NCBI GenBank assembly: GCA_003223395.1
Contig: QHUZ01000052.1
Coordinates: 24,953 to 88,952 of the forward strand
Direction: 5' to 3'
Origin: Gemmatimonadota bacterium
GTDB lineage: Bacteria; Gemmatimonadota; Gemmatimonadetes; Gemmatimonadales; GWC2-71-9
Length of the DNA stretch: 64,000 bases
Positions 18,672-27,479 of the stretch are shown piece after piece (position 1 is the first letter of the stretch; the number at the start of each line of letters is the position of its first letter). The position numbers and the translations under genes are program-made. The notes beneath the pieces are model-generated. The model was given only the letters and a program-made list of their open reading frames with translations. It was not told the DNA's origin and searched no databases.

Positions 18672-20250
18672 CATGCTCGCGGCGTTGCTCCTGTCGGGGC
18701 CGGCAGTGGCGCAGCGAAGCGGGATCGATGTGAAGAGCTACTGGTTCTTCGTCACGCTTCCCGATTCAGGGCGCGAGATCCACGTCGCGGCCGTGGTGAC
18801 TTTCGAACATCAGGTCCCTGGAGACAGCGTGCTCGCGCTCAATCTCGTCGGCATGACTATTGACTCGGTGAAGGTCTTGGTCCCCACGCGTGGCGGCTTG
18901 AGTAGAGAATTCACGTATGACGGCCGCGTGCTCCGTATCCCTCTACGGCCTCAGCCGGCGACGATAATCGCGGTAGTAGGTTACCACGGCACTCCGCAAG
19001 ATGGCTTGATCATCGGCTCGAACGCACGCGGCCGCCGCGTCGCCTTCGCCGATAACTGGCCGGAGCGAGGGCGCTTCTGGCTCCCCACTGTCGATCGCCC
19101 GAGCGACAAGGCGATGACGCGGTTCTCGATCCGGGCCCCGGCGGTGTGGCGCGTGGTTGCGAACGGGAAGTTGACCCCGGGGGAGGGCGGTCGTGAGTGG
19201 GACGAATCGCATCCGATCCCCACTTACACCATGGTCATCGGCGCCAATGAGTTCACAGTCAGTACGCACCGCCCGGTGATCACCGGCCGCGACACGATCC
19301 CCATCGAAGTCTGGACCTACCCTGAGGACTCGGCGTTCGCCGACTCCGTCCCGTTTCGGCGTGCGACGGAGATTGTCGAGGTGATGCAGCGATTGATCGG
19401 GCCCTTCCCCTACGAGAAGCTCGCGCACGTGCAATCGTCCACGAAATTCGGCGGGATGGAGAACTCGAGCGCCATCTTCTACGCCGAGAAGCCGTACGTC
19501 GAGCGGCGGATGGGCGAGGGCGTCGTTCGGCACGAGACCTCGCACCAGTGGTTCGGCGATGCGGTCACGGAGCGCGACTGGCCCGATATCTGGCTCTCCG
19601 AAGGATTCGCCACCTATTTCGATGGCGTCATCGGCGCTGCGCTGGACGGTGACACGGTGCTTGTAAACAGCATGCGTGCGAATGCCGAGTCGTACTTCAA
19701 ATCCGACGTCACCGACCGCCCGATCGTGGACTCGGGCTATGCGGCCGATCCGATCAAGCTCCTGAACGCGAACAGCTATCCCAAGGGCGCGTGGGTGCTG
19801 CACATGCTCCGCGGCACGATCGGCGATTCGGCCTTCTTTCGCGGGCTCCGCAGCTACTACCGCACCTACCGGGACTCGACCGCAACGAGTGAAGACTTCC
19901 AGCGCGTAATAGAGAAGGAGGCCCGAGCGAATCTTGGTTGGTTCTTCCACCAATGGCTGTACCAACCGGGGTACCCGCAGCTCGATGTGACCTGGCAATA
20001 CGACGCGGGAGCGAGGAAAGTGCTTCTGGGTATCACCCAACGCCAAAAACCGGAGTGGGGTCTCTTCCGACTCCCGCAACTGACGCTCGAGTTCCGCGGA
20101 GCGAACGGCGCGACGGTGCGGCGCGACGTCGCCGTCACGGGCGACAGTCGCGAGACCACCACTCGCGTCGACCTGCCGTTCGCGCCTACCGAGGTCCGCG
20201 TGGACCCGGACGGCAAGCTGCTGCTGCGAGTCACCATCGGTCGGAGGTAA
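18655..20250 (+). CDS. M1 family zinc aminopeptidase, secreted
   Basis: GGMEN, HETSHQWFG...WLSEGFA, YPKGAWVLHML. Confidence 0.92.
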   Translation: MRTVGSMLAALLLSGPAVAQRSGIDVKSYWFFVTLPDSGREIHVAAVVTFEHQVPGDSVLALNLVGMTIDSVKVLVPTRGGLSREFTYDGRVLRIPLRPQPATIIAVVGYHGTPQDGLIIGSNARGRRVAFADNWPERGRFWLPTVDRPSDKAMTRFSIRAPAVWRVVANGKLTPGEGGREWDESHPIPTYTMVIGANEFTVSTHRPVITGRDTIPIEVWTYPEDSAFADSVPFRRATEIVEVMQRLIGPFPYEKLAHVQSSTKFGGMENSSAIFYAEKPYVERRMGEGVVRHETSHQWFGDAVTERDWPDIWLSEGFATYFDGVIGAALDGDTVLVNSMRANAESYFKSDVTDRPIVDSGYAADPIKLLNANSYPKGAWVLHMLRGTIGDSAFFRGLRSYYRTYRDSTATSEDFQRVIEKEARANLGWFFHQWLYQPGYPQLDVTWQYDAGARKVLLGITQRQKPEWGLFRLPQLTLEFRGANGATVRRDVAVTGDSRETTTRVDLPFAPTEVRVDPDGKLLLRVTIGRR

Positions 20251-20253
20251 CCA

Positions 20254-21348
20254 ATGTGCCAGCGTGTGTTGTTCGTCGCATTACTCGCCATCGCCTGCAA
20301 CGGAACTCCCGCGCGTGGCCAGGGGCAGGCGCGGAGCGACGATGCGCTCCGCGTGCCGCCTGGGTTCAAGATCGCGGTGTTTGCGGAGAATCTCCAAGGC
20401 GTCCGATTCATGACGCTCGGCCCTGGTAACGCGATCTACGCCTCGCAGCCGGGCCCCGGCCTGATCGTCAGGCTGACCGACGCGAATCATGACGGCGTCG
20501 CCGACAGCGTGGTGACGATCGCGAGTGGATTGAAAGGGCCCTTCGGCATCGCCTTCCGGGGCGACACCATGTACGTCGCTGAGGAGACCGAGCTCGTTCG
20601 CTTCGATCCTGGCTCCCGGGCACCGGTCCGAATGATGCTCCTGCCGAGTGGCGGCCATTCGACCCGGACGATCGTCTTCGGGCCCGACGGCAAGCTGTAC
20701 CTGGCCGTGGGCTCCTCGTGCAATCTCTGCGACGAGGGCAAGGACTCGATGCGGGCGGCGGTCACGCAGCTCAACACCGATGGCTCGGGCGGCCGCATCT
20801 TCGCGAAGGGCCTGCGCAACACGGTCGGCATGGCATTCAATCCCAAGACGGGTGAGCTGTGGGGCGGGAACAACGACCGCGACAATCTCGGCGATGACCT
20901 GCCGCCCGAGCACATCAACATCATCAAGGACGGCCGCAACTATGGCTGGCCCGACTGCTATCTCCCCGGCAAACCCAACCCCGAGTATGGATCAGCGAAC
21001 TGCTCGAATGTCGAGCCGCCGGCGATCACGGTGCAGGCGCACTCCGCACCGCTCGGGCTCGCGTTCTACACCGGCACGCAGTTCCCGCGGGAGTATCGCG
21101 GCGACGCGTTCGTCACGTTGCACGGCTCGTGGAATCGGTCGGTGCCGACCGGGGCGAAGGTCGTGCGCGTCGAAGTAGACAGCACCGGCCATCGTGCTGT
21201 GGGTGTGGAAGATTTCATTGTCGGCTGGCAGCGTCCCGATGGCTCGCGCTGGGGGCGGCCGGTGGGACTGTTGGTGCTTCCTGATGGATCTCTGCTCGTG
21301 AGTGACGATCGCGCCGACAAAATCTGGAGGGTGACCTATGGACGGTAA
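20254..21348 (+). CDS. PQQ-dependent glucose/sorbosone dehydrogenase family lipoprotein
   Basis: GSSCN, GLRN, HSAPLGLAFY, HGSWNR, GRPVG. Confidence 0.88.
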   Translation: MCQRVLFVALLAIACNGTPARGQGQARSDDALRVPPGFKIAVFAENLQGVRFMTLGPGNAIYASQPGPGLIVRLTDANHDGVADSVVTIASGLKGPFGIAFRGDTMYVAEETELVRFDPGSRAPVRMMLLPSGGHSTRTIVFGPDGKLYLAVGSSCNLCDEGKDSMRAAVTQLNTDGSGGRIFAKGLRNTVGMAFNPKTGELWGGNNDRDNLGDDLPPEHINIIKDGRNYGWPDCYLPGKPNPEYGSANCSNVEPPAITVQAHSAPLGLAFYTGTQFPREYRGDAFVTLHGSWNRSVPTGAKVVRVEVDSTGHRAVGVEDFIVGWQRPDGSRWGRPVGLLVLPDGSLLVSDDRADKIWRVTYGR

Positions 21349-22156
21349 TACGGCGGCGGAGGGCGGCGAGAGGCGGCGAATGGCGGCAAAGGCTGTGCTG
21401 GTGGCTGGCGTGGGAATTCTAGCGACAGCGGCGATGAATTTGCCGCCCTCCGCCGTCCTTCGCCGCCTCTCGCCGCCCGACATTCACTCAGAGTACGTCA
21501 AGTTCCTCTCCGGCAAGGACACAGTGACGGCCTACATCGCCTACCCCGAGCGCCCGCAACCGGCGCCTGCGGTGATCGTCATCCACGAGATCTTCGGCAT
21601 GTCGGATTTCATCCGGCAGACGACCGAACAGCTGGCGAAGGATGGTTTCGTCGCCATCGCGCCCGACCTGTTGTCACGTCGGGGCGGCACGCCCGCGACA
21701 CCCGACTCCGCGCGCAAGCTTATCGCAACATTGAACCCCGATACCGTGACCCAGGATCTCGATGCGACCCGGGCCTATCTCAACAAGCTGAAACCGGTAC
21801 GCTCCGGTGAGATCGGCATCATCGGCTTCTGCTGGGGTGGCGGCCAGAGCTTCCGGTACGCGACGAACACGCCGCAGCTCAAGGCGTTCGTGGTGTGTTA
21901 CGGTCCGAGTCCCAATGCGGCCGACATGGGGAAGATCCGCGCGAAAGGGCTCGGGGTCTACGCGGAGAACGACGCACGCATCAACGCGGGGTTGCCCGAT
22001 GCCGCAGCGGCCATGAAGGCCGCAGGCAAGGACTATCCCTATGCCGTCTATCCGGGCGTGGGGCACGGGTTCTTGCGGACGCGCGAAAAACCGGAGGTGG
22101 CAGACAGCGCGTGGAATGCCGCGATCCGGTTCTTTCGGGCGCAGCTGAAGAGCTAA
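21338..22156 (+). CDS. dienelactone hydrolase family protein
   Basis: HEIFG, GFCWGG nucleophile elbow, HGF; GGAGG SD. Confidence 0.9.
   Translation: MDGNTAAEGGERRRMAAKAVLVAGVGILATAAMNLPPSAVLRRLSPPDIHSEYVKFLSGKDTVTAYIAYPERPQPAPAVIVIHEIFGMSDFIRQTTEQLAKDGFVAIAPDLLSRRGGTPATPDSARKLIATLNPDTVTQDLDATRAYLNKLKPVRSGEIGIIGFCWGGGQSFRYATNTPQLKAFVVCYGPSPNAADMGKIRAKGLGVYAENDARINAGLPDAAAAMKAAGKDYPYAVYPGVGHGFLRTREKPEVADSAWNAAIRFFRAQLKS
21352..21477. repeat. inverted 4+4 array of 10-bp GGCGGCRRRN units, in frame
   Basis: ggcggcggag ggcggcgaga ggcggcgaat ggcggcaaag; 46-bp spacer; atttgccgcc ctccgccgtc cttcgccgcc tctcgccgcc. Confidence 0.85.
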
Positions 22157-23481
22157 CGGCGCGCGGCCTCGGTCAGGTAGGCGCGCGCCCGATCGAGCAC
22201 CGCGTCGCGCCCGGCCAACACGTCCTCGACCCGTACCGCCACGGGGATTTGCGGCGCGATCCCCGTCGGCACGAACTCCTTGCCGTCGGGGAACGCGTCC
22301 CGCGCTGCGGTTACGCGCACCTTCCAGCCACCCGACAGCGTCCGCACCACCGTCTGTCCCGTACTCCCGGCGGACGACTCGCCGAAGGTCGGTCCGCGGC
22401 CGCCCGCCTGAAACGCGACAAGGAAGTCCTCGGCCGGACCGGCGGTGCGTGGCGACATGAGGACCGCCACCGGCCCCGTGTATGCGGCGTGCTCGTGGGT
22501 TGGCGGCGGCCAGATCATGCCTGACGGCGTGCTGACCCAGAGACTGGTGGAATCGGGACGGTACAAGGGCATGCGTTGCCGCGCCGAGAGGAAGGGACGC
22601 TCGATGAGCCGGGACAGGAGCGCATAGCTGTTATCACGGCCATCGACCGTCCAGGTCGCCTCCCGCAGATCGACGATCAGGCCGCGATGTCGCGGTCCTT
22701 CGCGGACGGCAGCGCCGATCGCGCGGTCGAATTGACTGACGACATCCGGATCTACGAACGAGGTCACCCGGACCCAGATTGCGCCGTCGGGCAGCGTATC
22801 GAGTTCGAGGGCGTGAGGCTCGATCGGCCAGCGCGCCGCCAAGGGCACGCTACGCGTGAGGCTCGCGCCGCGCTCGGCGCCACCAGGGAGGCGCAGCACG
22901 AGCAGCAACGCGGTGCCGCGCTCGCCTTCCAGCATCCGGACGACCGCCCGCTCCCAGCGGCTCGCATCGTTCGCGGCCGAGACTTCCGGCAACACGGAGT
23001 CGCGGATCCACTGCGCCGCGGGGACGCCCTGCACTGCAAGGACTTCCGCCAGCCGCTCGGGACGGGCGACTCGCATCTCGTCGTTTACGGCATAGTCCAT
23101 AATGAAGGGCCGCCGCTCGATGCTGCGCAGTTCGAGCGGGGGGCGTGCAATGCGGTTCGCGATGCTCGACGGCGGCAGGATCTCGAGCTGGCCGTCGTTC
23201 AACAGCGCGCCCCAACGCCGCAACCGATGGAAGTATTGCAGGTCGGTGGGAGCGGGACGTGCTTGCGTAGCCGTGACTGTCGCCGCGAAGGCCGAGTCCC
23301 AATTCGCGCGGACGGCGTCCCAGTAGGCATAGTTGTAGCGCGCTTCGGCCCACAGGCCAGCGGCGATCAACTGTCGCTCGACGGGATTCGCGCGCTGCGC
23401 CACGAGCGGCGCGGGGGCGGGGGCGGGGGCGGCGAGCAGCACCGGGAACCACACTGACAACCACGGCGTACGGGATGGCAT
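22153..23481 (-). CDS. S41 family peptidase-like secreted protein
   Basis: LIVDLR, PVAVLMSPRTAGPAEDF, GESSAGSTG, GIAP; the usual SxxE serine position reads G/P, so activity is uncertain. Confidence 0.75.
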   Translation of the reverse strand: MPSRTPWLSVWFPVLLAAPAPAPAPLVAQRANPVERQLIAAGLWAEARYNYAYWDAVRANWDSAFAATVTATQARPAPTDLQYFHRLRRWGALLNDGQLEILPPSSIANRIARPPLELRSIERRPFIMDYAVNDEMRVARPERLAEVLAVQGVPAAQWIRDSVLPEVSAANDASRWERAVVRMLEGERGTALLLVLRLPGGAERGASLTRSVPLAARWPIEPHALELDTLPDGAIWVRVTSFVDPDVVSQFDRAIGAAVREGPRHRGLIVDLREATWTVDGRDNSYALLSRLIERPFLSARQRMPLYRPDSTSLWVSTPSGMIWPPPTHEHAAYTGPVAVLMSPRTAGPAEDFLVAFQAGGRGPTFGESSAGSTGQTVVRTLSGGWKVRVTAARDAFPDGKEFVPTGIAPQIPVAVRVEDVLAGRDAVLDRARAYLTEAARR

Positions 23482-24515
23482 GGCCATAATTTATCTGTTG
23501 CTGTTCGCAGCGCCCCAAGTGCTGCTGTACCTCTACCTGCGCGAGCGCCTGCCGCTCTCGGCGCGCCGCTGGCTCACGCTCGTCTTTGTCGTCTTCAACA
23601 TCCCCTGGGGCATCGTCGCCGTGCGGATGTTCTCGGGCAGCCTGTGGGGCATCAGCCGCGTCCCCTACATCGCGCCCTGGATCGCGTGGCAGTTTCTGGG
23701 CTGGATATTCTGTGGCCTGGTCACTCTCTACCTGCTAGGCAAGGGAGCGGTGTGGCTGGTGGGCAAAGTCGTGCGCCGTACGCCGTACGCCGTGCGCCGG
23801 GAATCCGAGCAGTCCGAGCAGTCCGGCGCACAGCTCACGGCGCACGGCGCACGCATTTCACGCCGCAAGTTCTTGGTCCGGGCCACATATGCAGCAGACC
23901 AATGCGCTGGGTGCGGATCTAATCGTGCAGACGGGTGACATGATCGACATCTCGCAGTCGTACATCCCGGACTACGTGCGCGCGTTTCGTGATCTCCAGG
24001 CGCCGCTGGGCGTCGTCACCGTGCTCGGCAATCACGATCGGTACACGGGCCAGGACGCCGTCATTCGCGGTGTGAAGGATGCGGGGCAGGTGTTCGTGAA
24101 GAATGGCGTCCACGTGATCGAGCGCGGCGCCGCCGCGATCGCACTCGTGGGAATCGACGACCCCCACGCCTGGCGCGCCGACGATCCGCAGGACGATGAC
24201 ATCGACGCGGCGCTCCGCCTTACTCCATCCGCCAAGGACGCGTTCCGGATCCTGCTCGCCCACCGGCCCGGCGCATTCGACGGCGCCGCGCCGCGTGGCA
24301 TTCCACTCACGCTGGCCGGCCACATCCACGGCGGGCAGTTTTATCTGCCGGTGATCGGTTGGTCCCCTGGCCGGCTGATCACGAAATACGTGATGGGCCA
24401 TTTCACGCAGGGCACGAGTCAGCTCTACGTCAGCCGTGGCATCGGCGTGGTGGGCGTGCCATTGCGGGTGTTTGTGCCGCCGGAAATCGCGTTGTTTGAA
24501 CTACGTCGGGCGTAG
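23480..24515 (+). pseudogene. membrane-anchored metallophosphoesterase (YkuE-like), internal deletion plus frameshift near 23889
   Basis: N-terminal TM part and SRRKFL in one frame; TGD, GNHD, GHIHGGQ in another frame; first DxH motif absent. May be an assembly error. Confidence 0.7.
23771..23852. repeat. inverted 4+4 array of 7-bp GTRCGCC units, in frame
   Basis: gtgcgcc gtacgcc gtacgcc gtgcgcc; 26-bp spacer; ggcgcac agctcac ggcgcac ggcgcac. Confidence 0.85.
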
Positions 24516-24527
24516 TCGTTCGTGTGG

Positions 24528-24555
24528 GTAGGGGCGCAGCATGCTGCGCCCCTAC
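24528..24555. repeat. GTAG-type REP palindrome, copy 1
   Basis: Perfect 28-bp palindrome gtaggggcgcagcatgctgcgcccctac between convergent genes. Confidence 0.9.
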
Positions 24556-24561
24556 ACTCAC

Positions 24562-25137
24562 TCACACACTTATGGCTTTCCATGCCGCTTCGATTACTAA
24601 TCGGGCACCTGTGTCTCCGGGCTTCCACTCCCCCGCAACGACCTTTTCCAACGCATGGCTGATCGCCGCCAACCAAACGCCTGCCCAGATCTCTACCGCC
24701 CCCGCCCGCACCGAGCCCTGCGCCTTTCCCTCGGCAACAATCCGTTCCAGCGTTAACCGAAACTCGCGCTCGGTCCTCCGGCTTTCGTCGTCGAGTATGG
24801 CTCCGGGCGGCTCGAGCAGCCCGAGCTTCACGACGGCGGTGTCGTGAGCCGCTCCCTCGATCAGCCCCTGCGCGACCGCGGTTAACTGTGCGCGGGCGGG
24901 CCCGGCATCGCGGTCCCGGGTAGTTTCCTGGACGAGCTTCGTCGCCCACCGCTGCGCCGCGCGATACATCTCATTGAAGAGCTGCTGCTTGCTCGCGAAA
25001 TGCCGATAAATCGTTCCTTCGGCGATGCCCGCCTTCTTCGCGATCTGCGCCGTCGTCGTGTCGTGGTAGCCGCGGGTGGTGAAGAGCTCGAGGGCCGTTC
25101 TGATCAGTCGCTGCCGCGTCAGTTCGGTTGCGGTCAC
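24562..25137 (-). CDS. TetR/AcrR family transcriptional regulator
   Basis: TTTAQIAKKAGIAEGTIYRHFASKQQL HTH. Confidence 0.92.
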   Translation of the reverse strand: MTATELTRQRLIRTALELFTTRGYHDTTTAQIAKKAGIAEGTIYRHFASKQQLFNEMYRAAQRWATKLVQETTRDRDAGPARAQLTAVAQGLIEGAAHDTAVVKLGLLEPPGAILDDESRRTEREFRLTLERIVAEGKAQGSVRAGAVEIWAGVWLAAISHALEKVVAGEWKPGDTGARLVIEAAWKAISV

Positions 25138-25203
25138 GGCTGCGAATCTACTAGCTTTCCGGCCGTTTCATCTCCCATCGATCATTTTGGAGGCGTTGCC
25201 GCG

Positions 25204-26340
25204 ATGCGCATGCTCGTGCTGGGCGCTGGTCTGCAGGGTTCTGCCTGCGCGTACGATCTCCTGCAGCGCCCTGACGTCAAGCGCGTCACGCTCGCCGATC
25301 TGAATCCCCGCCGCGTGGCCGCGTTCCTCAAGAAGAAAACGGACAAACGCCTCGTCGTGTCGCGTCTCGACGCGAAGAGTCACCCGCGGCTGCGGAAGCT
25401 GATGCGGGGTCACGACGCCGTCATGAACGCGCTGCCGTACTACTTCAACTATCCGGTTGCGAAAGCTGCCGTTGCCATGGGGCTACACTGCGCCGACCTG
25501 GGCGGCAACACCGAAATCGTCCAAAAGCAGAAGACGCTGCACGCCGCCGCCCAGAAGAAACGGGTCTCGATCATTCCCGACTGCGGTCTCGCCCCCGGAA
25601 TGGTCAACATCATCGCGGCCGAGGGGATCCGGCGCGTCGGAGACGCCGAGAGCGTCAAGATTTTTGTTGGCGGTCTGCCGCAAAAGCCCGAGCCGCCGCT
25701 CAACTATCAGATCGTCTACTCGCTCGAGGGTGCGCTCGATTACTACACGACGCCGTCGTGGGTGCTGCGCGAGGGCCGGCCCGAGCGCGTGGATGCCTTG
25801 TCGGAGCTCGAGGATGTGGACTTCCCGAGCCCCGTCGGGACACTCGAGGCATTTCACACCGGTGGCGGCATCTCGACCATGCCTTGGGCGTATCAGGGCA
25901 AGGTGCGCACCATGGAGTACAAGACCCTCCGCTACCCTGGCCACGTCGCGATCATGCGACCAATCCGCGAGATGGGACTCCTGTCGGTGGAGCCGGTAAA
26001 GATGAAAGGCACGGAGATCGTGCCGCGCGACGCGTTCATCGCCGCGGTGTCGCCCCAGCTCACCAAGCCCAACGGCCGCGACCTCGTTGCGCTGCGGGTG
26101 GAAGTGCAGGGGAGGAGCGGCAAGCGCGTGGCTTGGCAGCTGCTCGACTATTTCGACGAGGCGACGGGGATCAGCGCGATGATGCGGACGACCGGGTATT
26201 CGCTCGCGATCACCGGCGTCATGCAGGTAGACGGCCGAATCAGGTCAGCAGGCGTGTATACGCCGGATGAGGCGGTTCCCTTTCAGGCGTATGTGGACGA
26301 ATTGAAGCGGCGTGGCGTCGAAATTCGAGAAGTCCGCTAG
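25204..26340 (+). CDS. saccharopine dehydrogenase / lysine 6-dehydrogenase family
   Basis: VLGAGLQG, DLGGN, CGLAPG, EYKTLRYPGH, SAMMRTTG. Confidence 0.9.
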   Translation: MRMLVLGAGLQGSACAYDLLQRPDVKRVTLADLNPRRVAAFLKKKTDKRLVVSRLDAKSHPRLRKLMRGHDAVMNALPYYFNYPVAKAAVAMGLHCADLGGNTEIVQKQKTLHAAAQKKRVSIIPDCGLAPGMVNIIAAEGIRRVGDAESVKIFVGGLPQKPEPPLNYQIVYSLEGALDYYTTPSWVLREGRPERVDALSELEDVDFPSPVGTLEAFHTGGGISTMPWAYQGKVRTMEYKTLRYPGHVAIMRPIREMGLLSVEPVKMKGTEIVPRDAFIAAVSPQLTKPNGRDLVALRVEVQGRSGKRVAWQLLDYFDEATGISAMMRTTGYSLAITGVMQVDGRIRSAGVYTPDEAVPFQAYVDELKRRGVEIREVR

Positions 26341-27479
26341 AAGGTCCAGGCGGTCGCGAACGTGACCTGAGCTCCCTCCGAGCCTTTGCCCGCCTCCACC
26401 AGAACTAGCGTGTTTCGCAGGAGAGCCAGTGCCACGCCGCCACCCCACGCGGCATGCAGGCCCTGCCGCGTGAGCCGAACCGCCTCGCCCGGAGCGAAGA
26501 CTCGGCCCGCATCGTAGAAGGCTATGAGCTTGAGCTCCAGCAGCCGCGGCGACCACAGGATGCCGTACCGAGCCTCGATGCCGCCGACGATCTTGCCGGG
26601 CCCGACAAAGCGTCCGTCGTAATAGCCGCGCAGCGACCGAAATCCTCCCAGCGCGACGACCGGCCCCTCACTCGTTTCCATCGTCTGCTGGACCGCGAGC
26701 GGCGCGGTGCCGGTGACGCGCTCGCCGCCGATCCGCCCCGCGAGCACCAGCCGTTGGAGCGGATGCACATACGCGTGGAACGACGCGCTCGTCCGCGTAT
26801 AGCCCCGCCCCCGGCCGACCAGCGCTTCGGCGAAGACGCCGCGGTGCGGATCCACCTCGAGATCGCGCAGGTCGAAGACGACGCCGACGCGTCCGACGGC
26901 GTCGTTGAACGGCGAGTCATCGACAAGACCGGCGGTGCGGTCGCGCTTGAAAACGCTTTCGCCAGGCAGCTGACGGAAATCGGTGTGTTCGAACGTGCCA
27001 CCCACGAGCACGCGCAACGGGCCGGTCACTTTGCGTTGCACCGTGAGTCGCGCCCCATCAGTCCTGCGGCTGACACGGTAAAAGTACGAGCGCCCCACTC
27101 CCTTGGTGCTATCGCGCGCGTACAGCGTGCCGTTGCCCTGCCCGAAATAACCGAGGCGATTGGCGCGGGTCAGGCTGAGCGTCAGACCGATCCGCCAACC
27201 GTCCCAGTAGGCGGGCGCCTGGGCATCGACGATGAAGGCGTGGCTCCCCTGCGTACTCGCGCCGACATCGAAGGCGATGCGCCCGAAACTCGGCTCCGGG
27301 CGCTCGACGAAGCCAATCGGGCTCGACCAGTCGTAGTGCCCGGCCAGCCAGAATCCATCCGCGGAGCTGTAATAGACGAATGGGTAGACATGATCGACCC
27401 AGTTGTGTTTTGGATTTGGCTCCTGCGCCGCGAGTGGCGAAGCCAGCGCGAGGAGGAGAAGCCCTATGCGCGTGTGAAT
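26337..27479 (-). CDS. Omp85/BamA-TamA-type outer-membrane beta-barrel (no POTRA); start codon uncertain (ATT 27479 or ATA 27467)
   Basis: LGGFRSLRGY..GRF motif, FYDAGRV, terminal Phe; signal peptide RIGLLLLALASPLAA. Confidence 0.75.
   Translation of the reverse strand: MHTRIGLLLLALASPLAAQEPNPKHNWVDHVYPFVYYSSADGFWLAGHYDWSSPIGFVERPEPSFGRIAFDVGASTQGSHAFIVDAQAPAYWDGWRIGLTLSLTRANRLGYFGQGNGTLYARDSTKGVGRSYFYRVSRRTDGARLTVQRKVTGPLRVLVGGTFEHTDFRQLPGESVFKRDRTAGLVDDSPFNDAVGRVGVVFDLRDLEVDPHRGVFAEALVGRGRGYTRTSASFHAYVHPLQRLVLAGRIGGERVTGTAPLAVQQTMETSEGPVVALGGFRSLRGYYDGRFVGPGKIVGGIEARYGILWSPRLLELKLIAFYDAGRVFAPGEAVRLTRQGLHAAWGGGVALALLRNTLVLVEAGKGSEGAQVTFATAWTF

Noticed and set aside
23411-23434. (GCGGGG)3-4 in the S41 signal peptide
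   Set aside because: Could belong to the four-unit pattern, but a 6-bp Ala-Pro repeat is equally explained by simple slippage; not counted.
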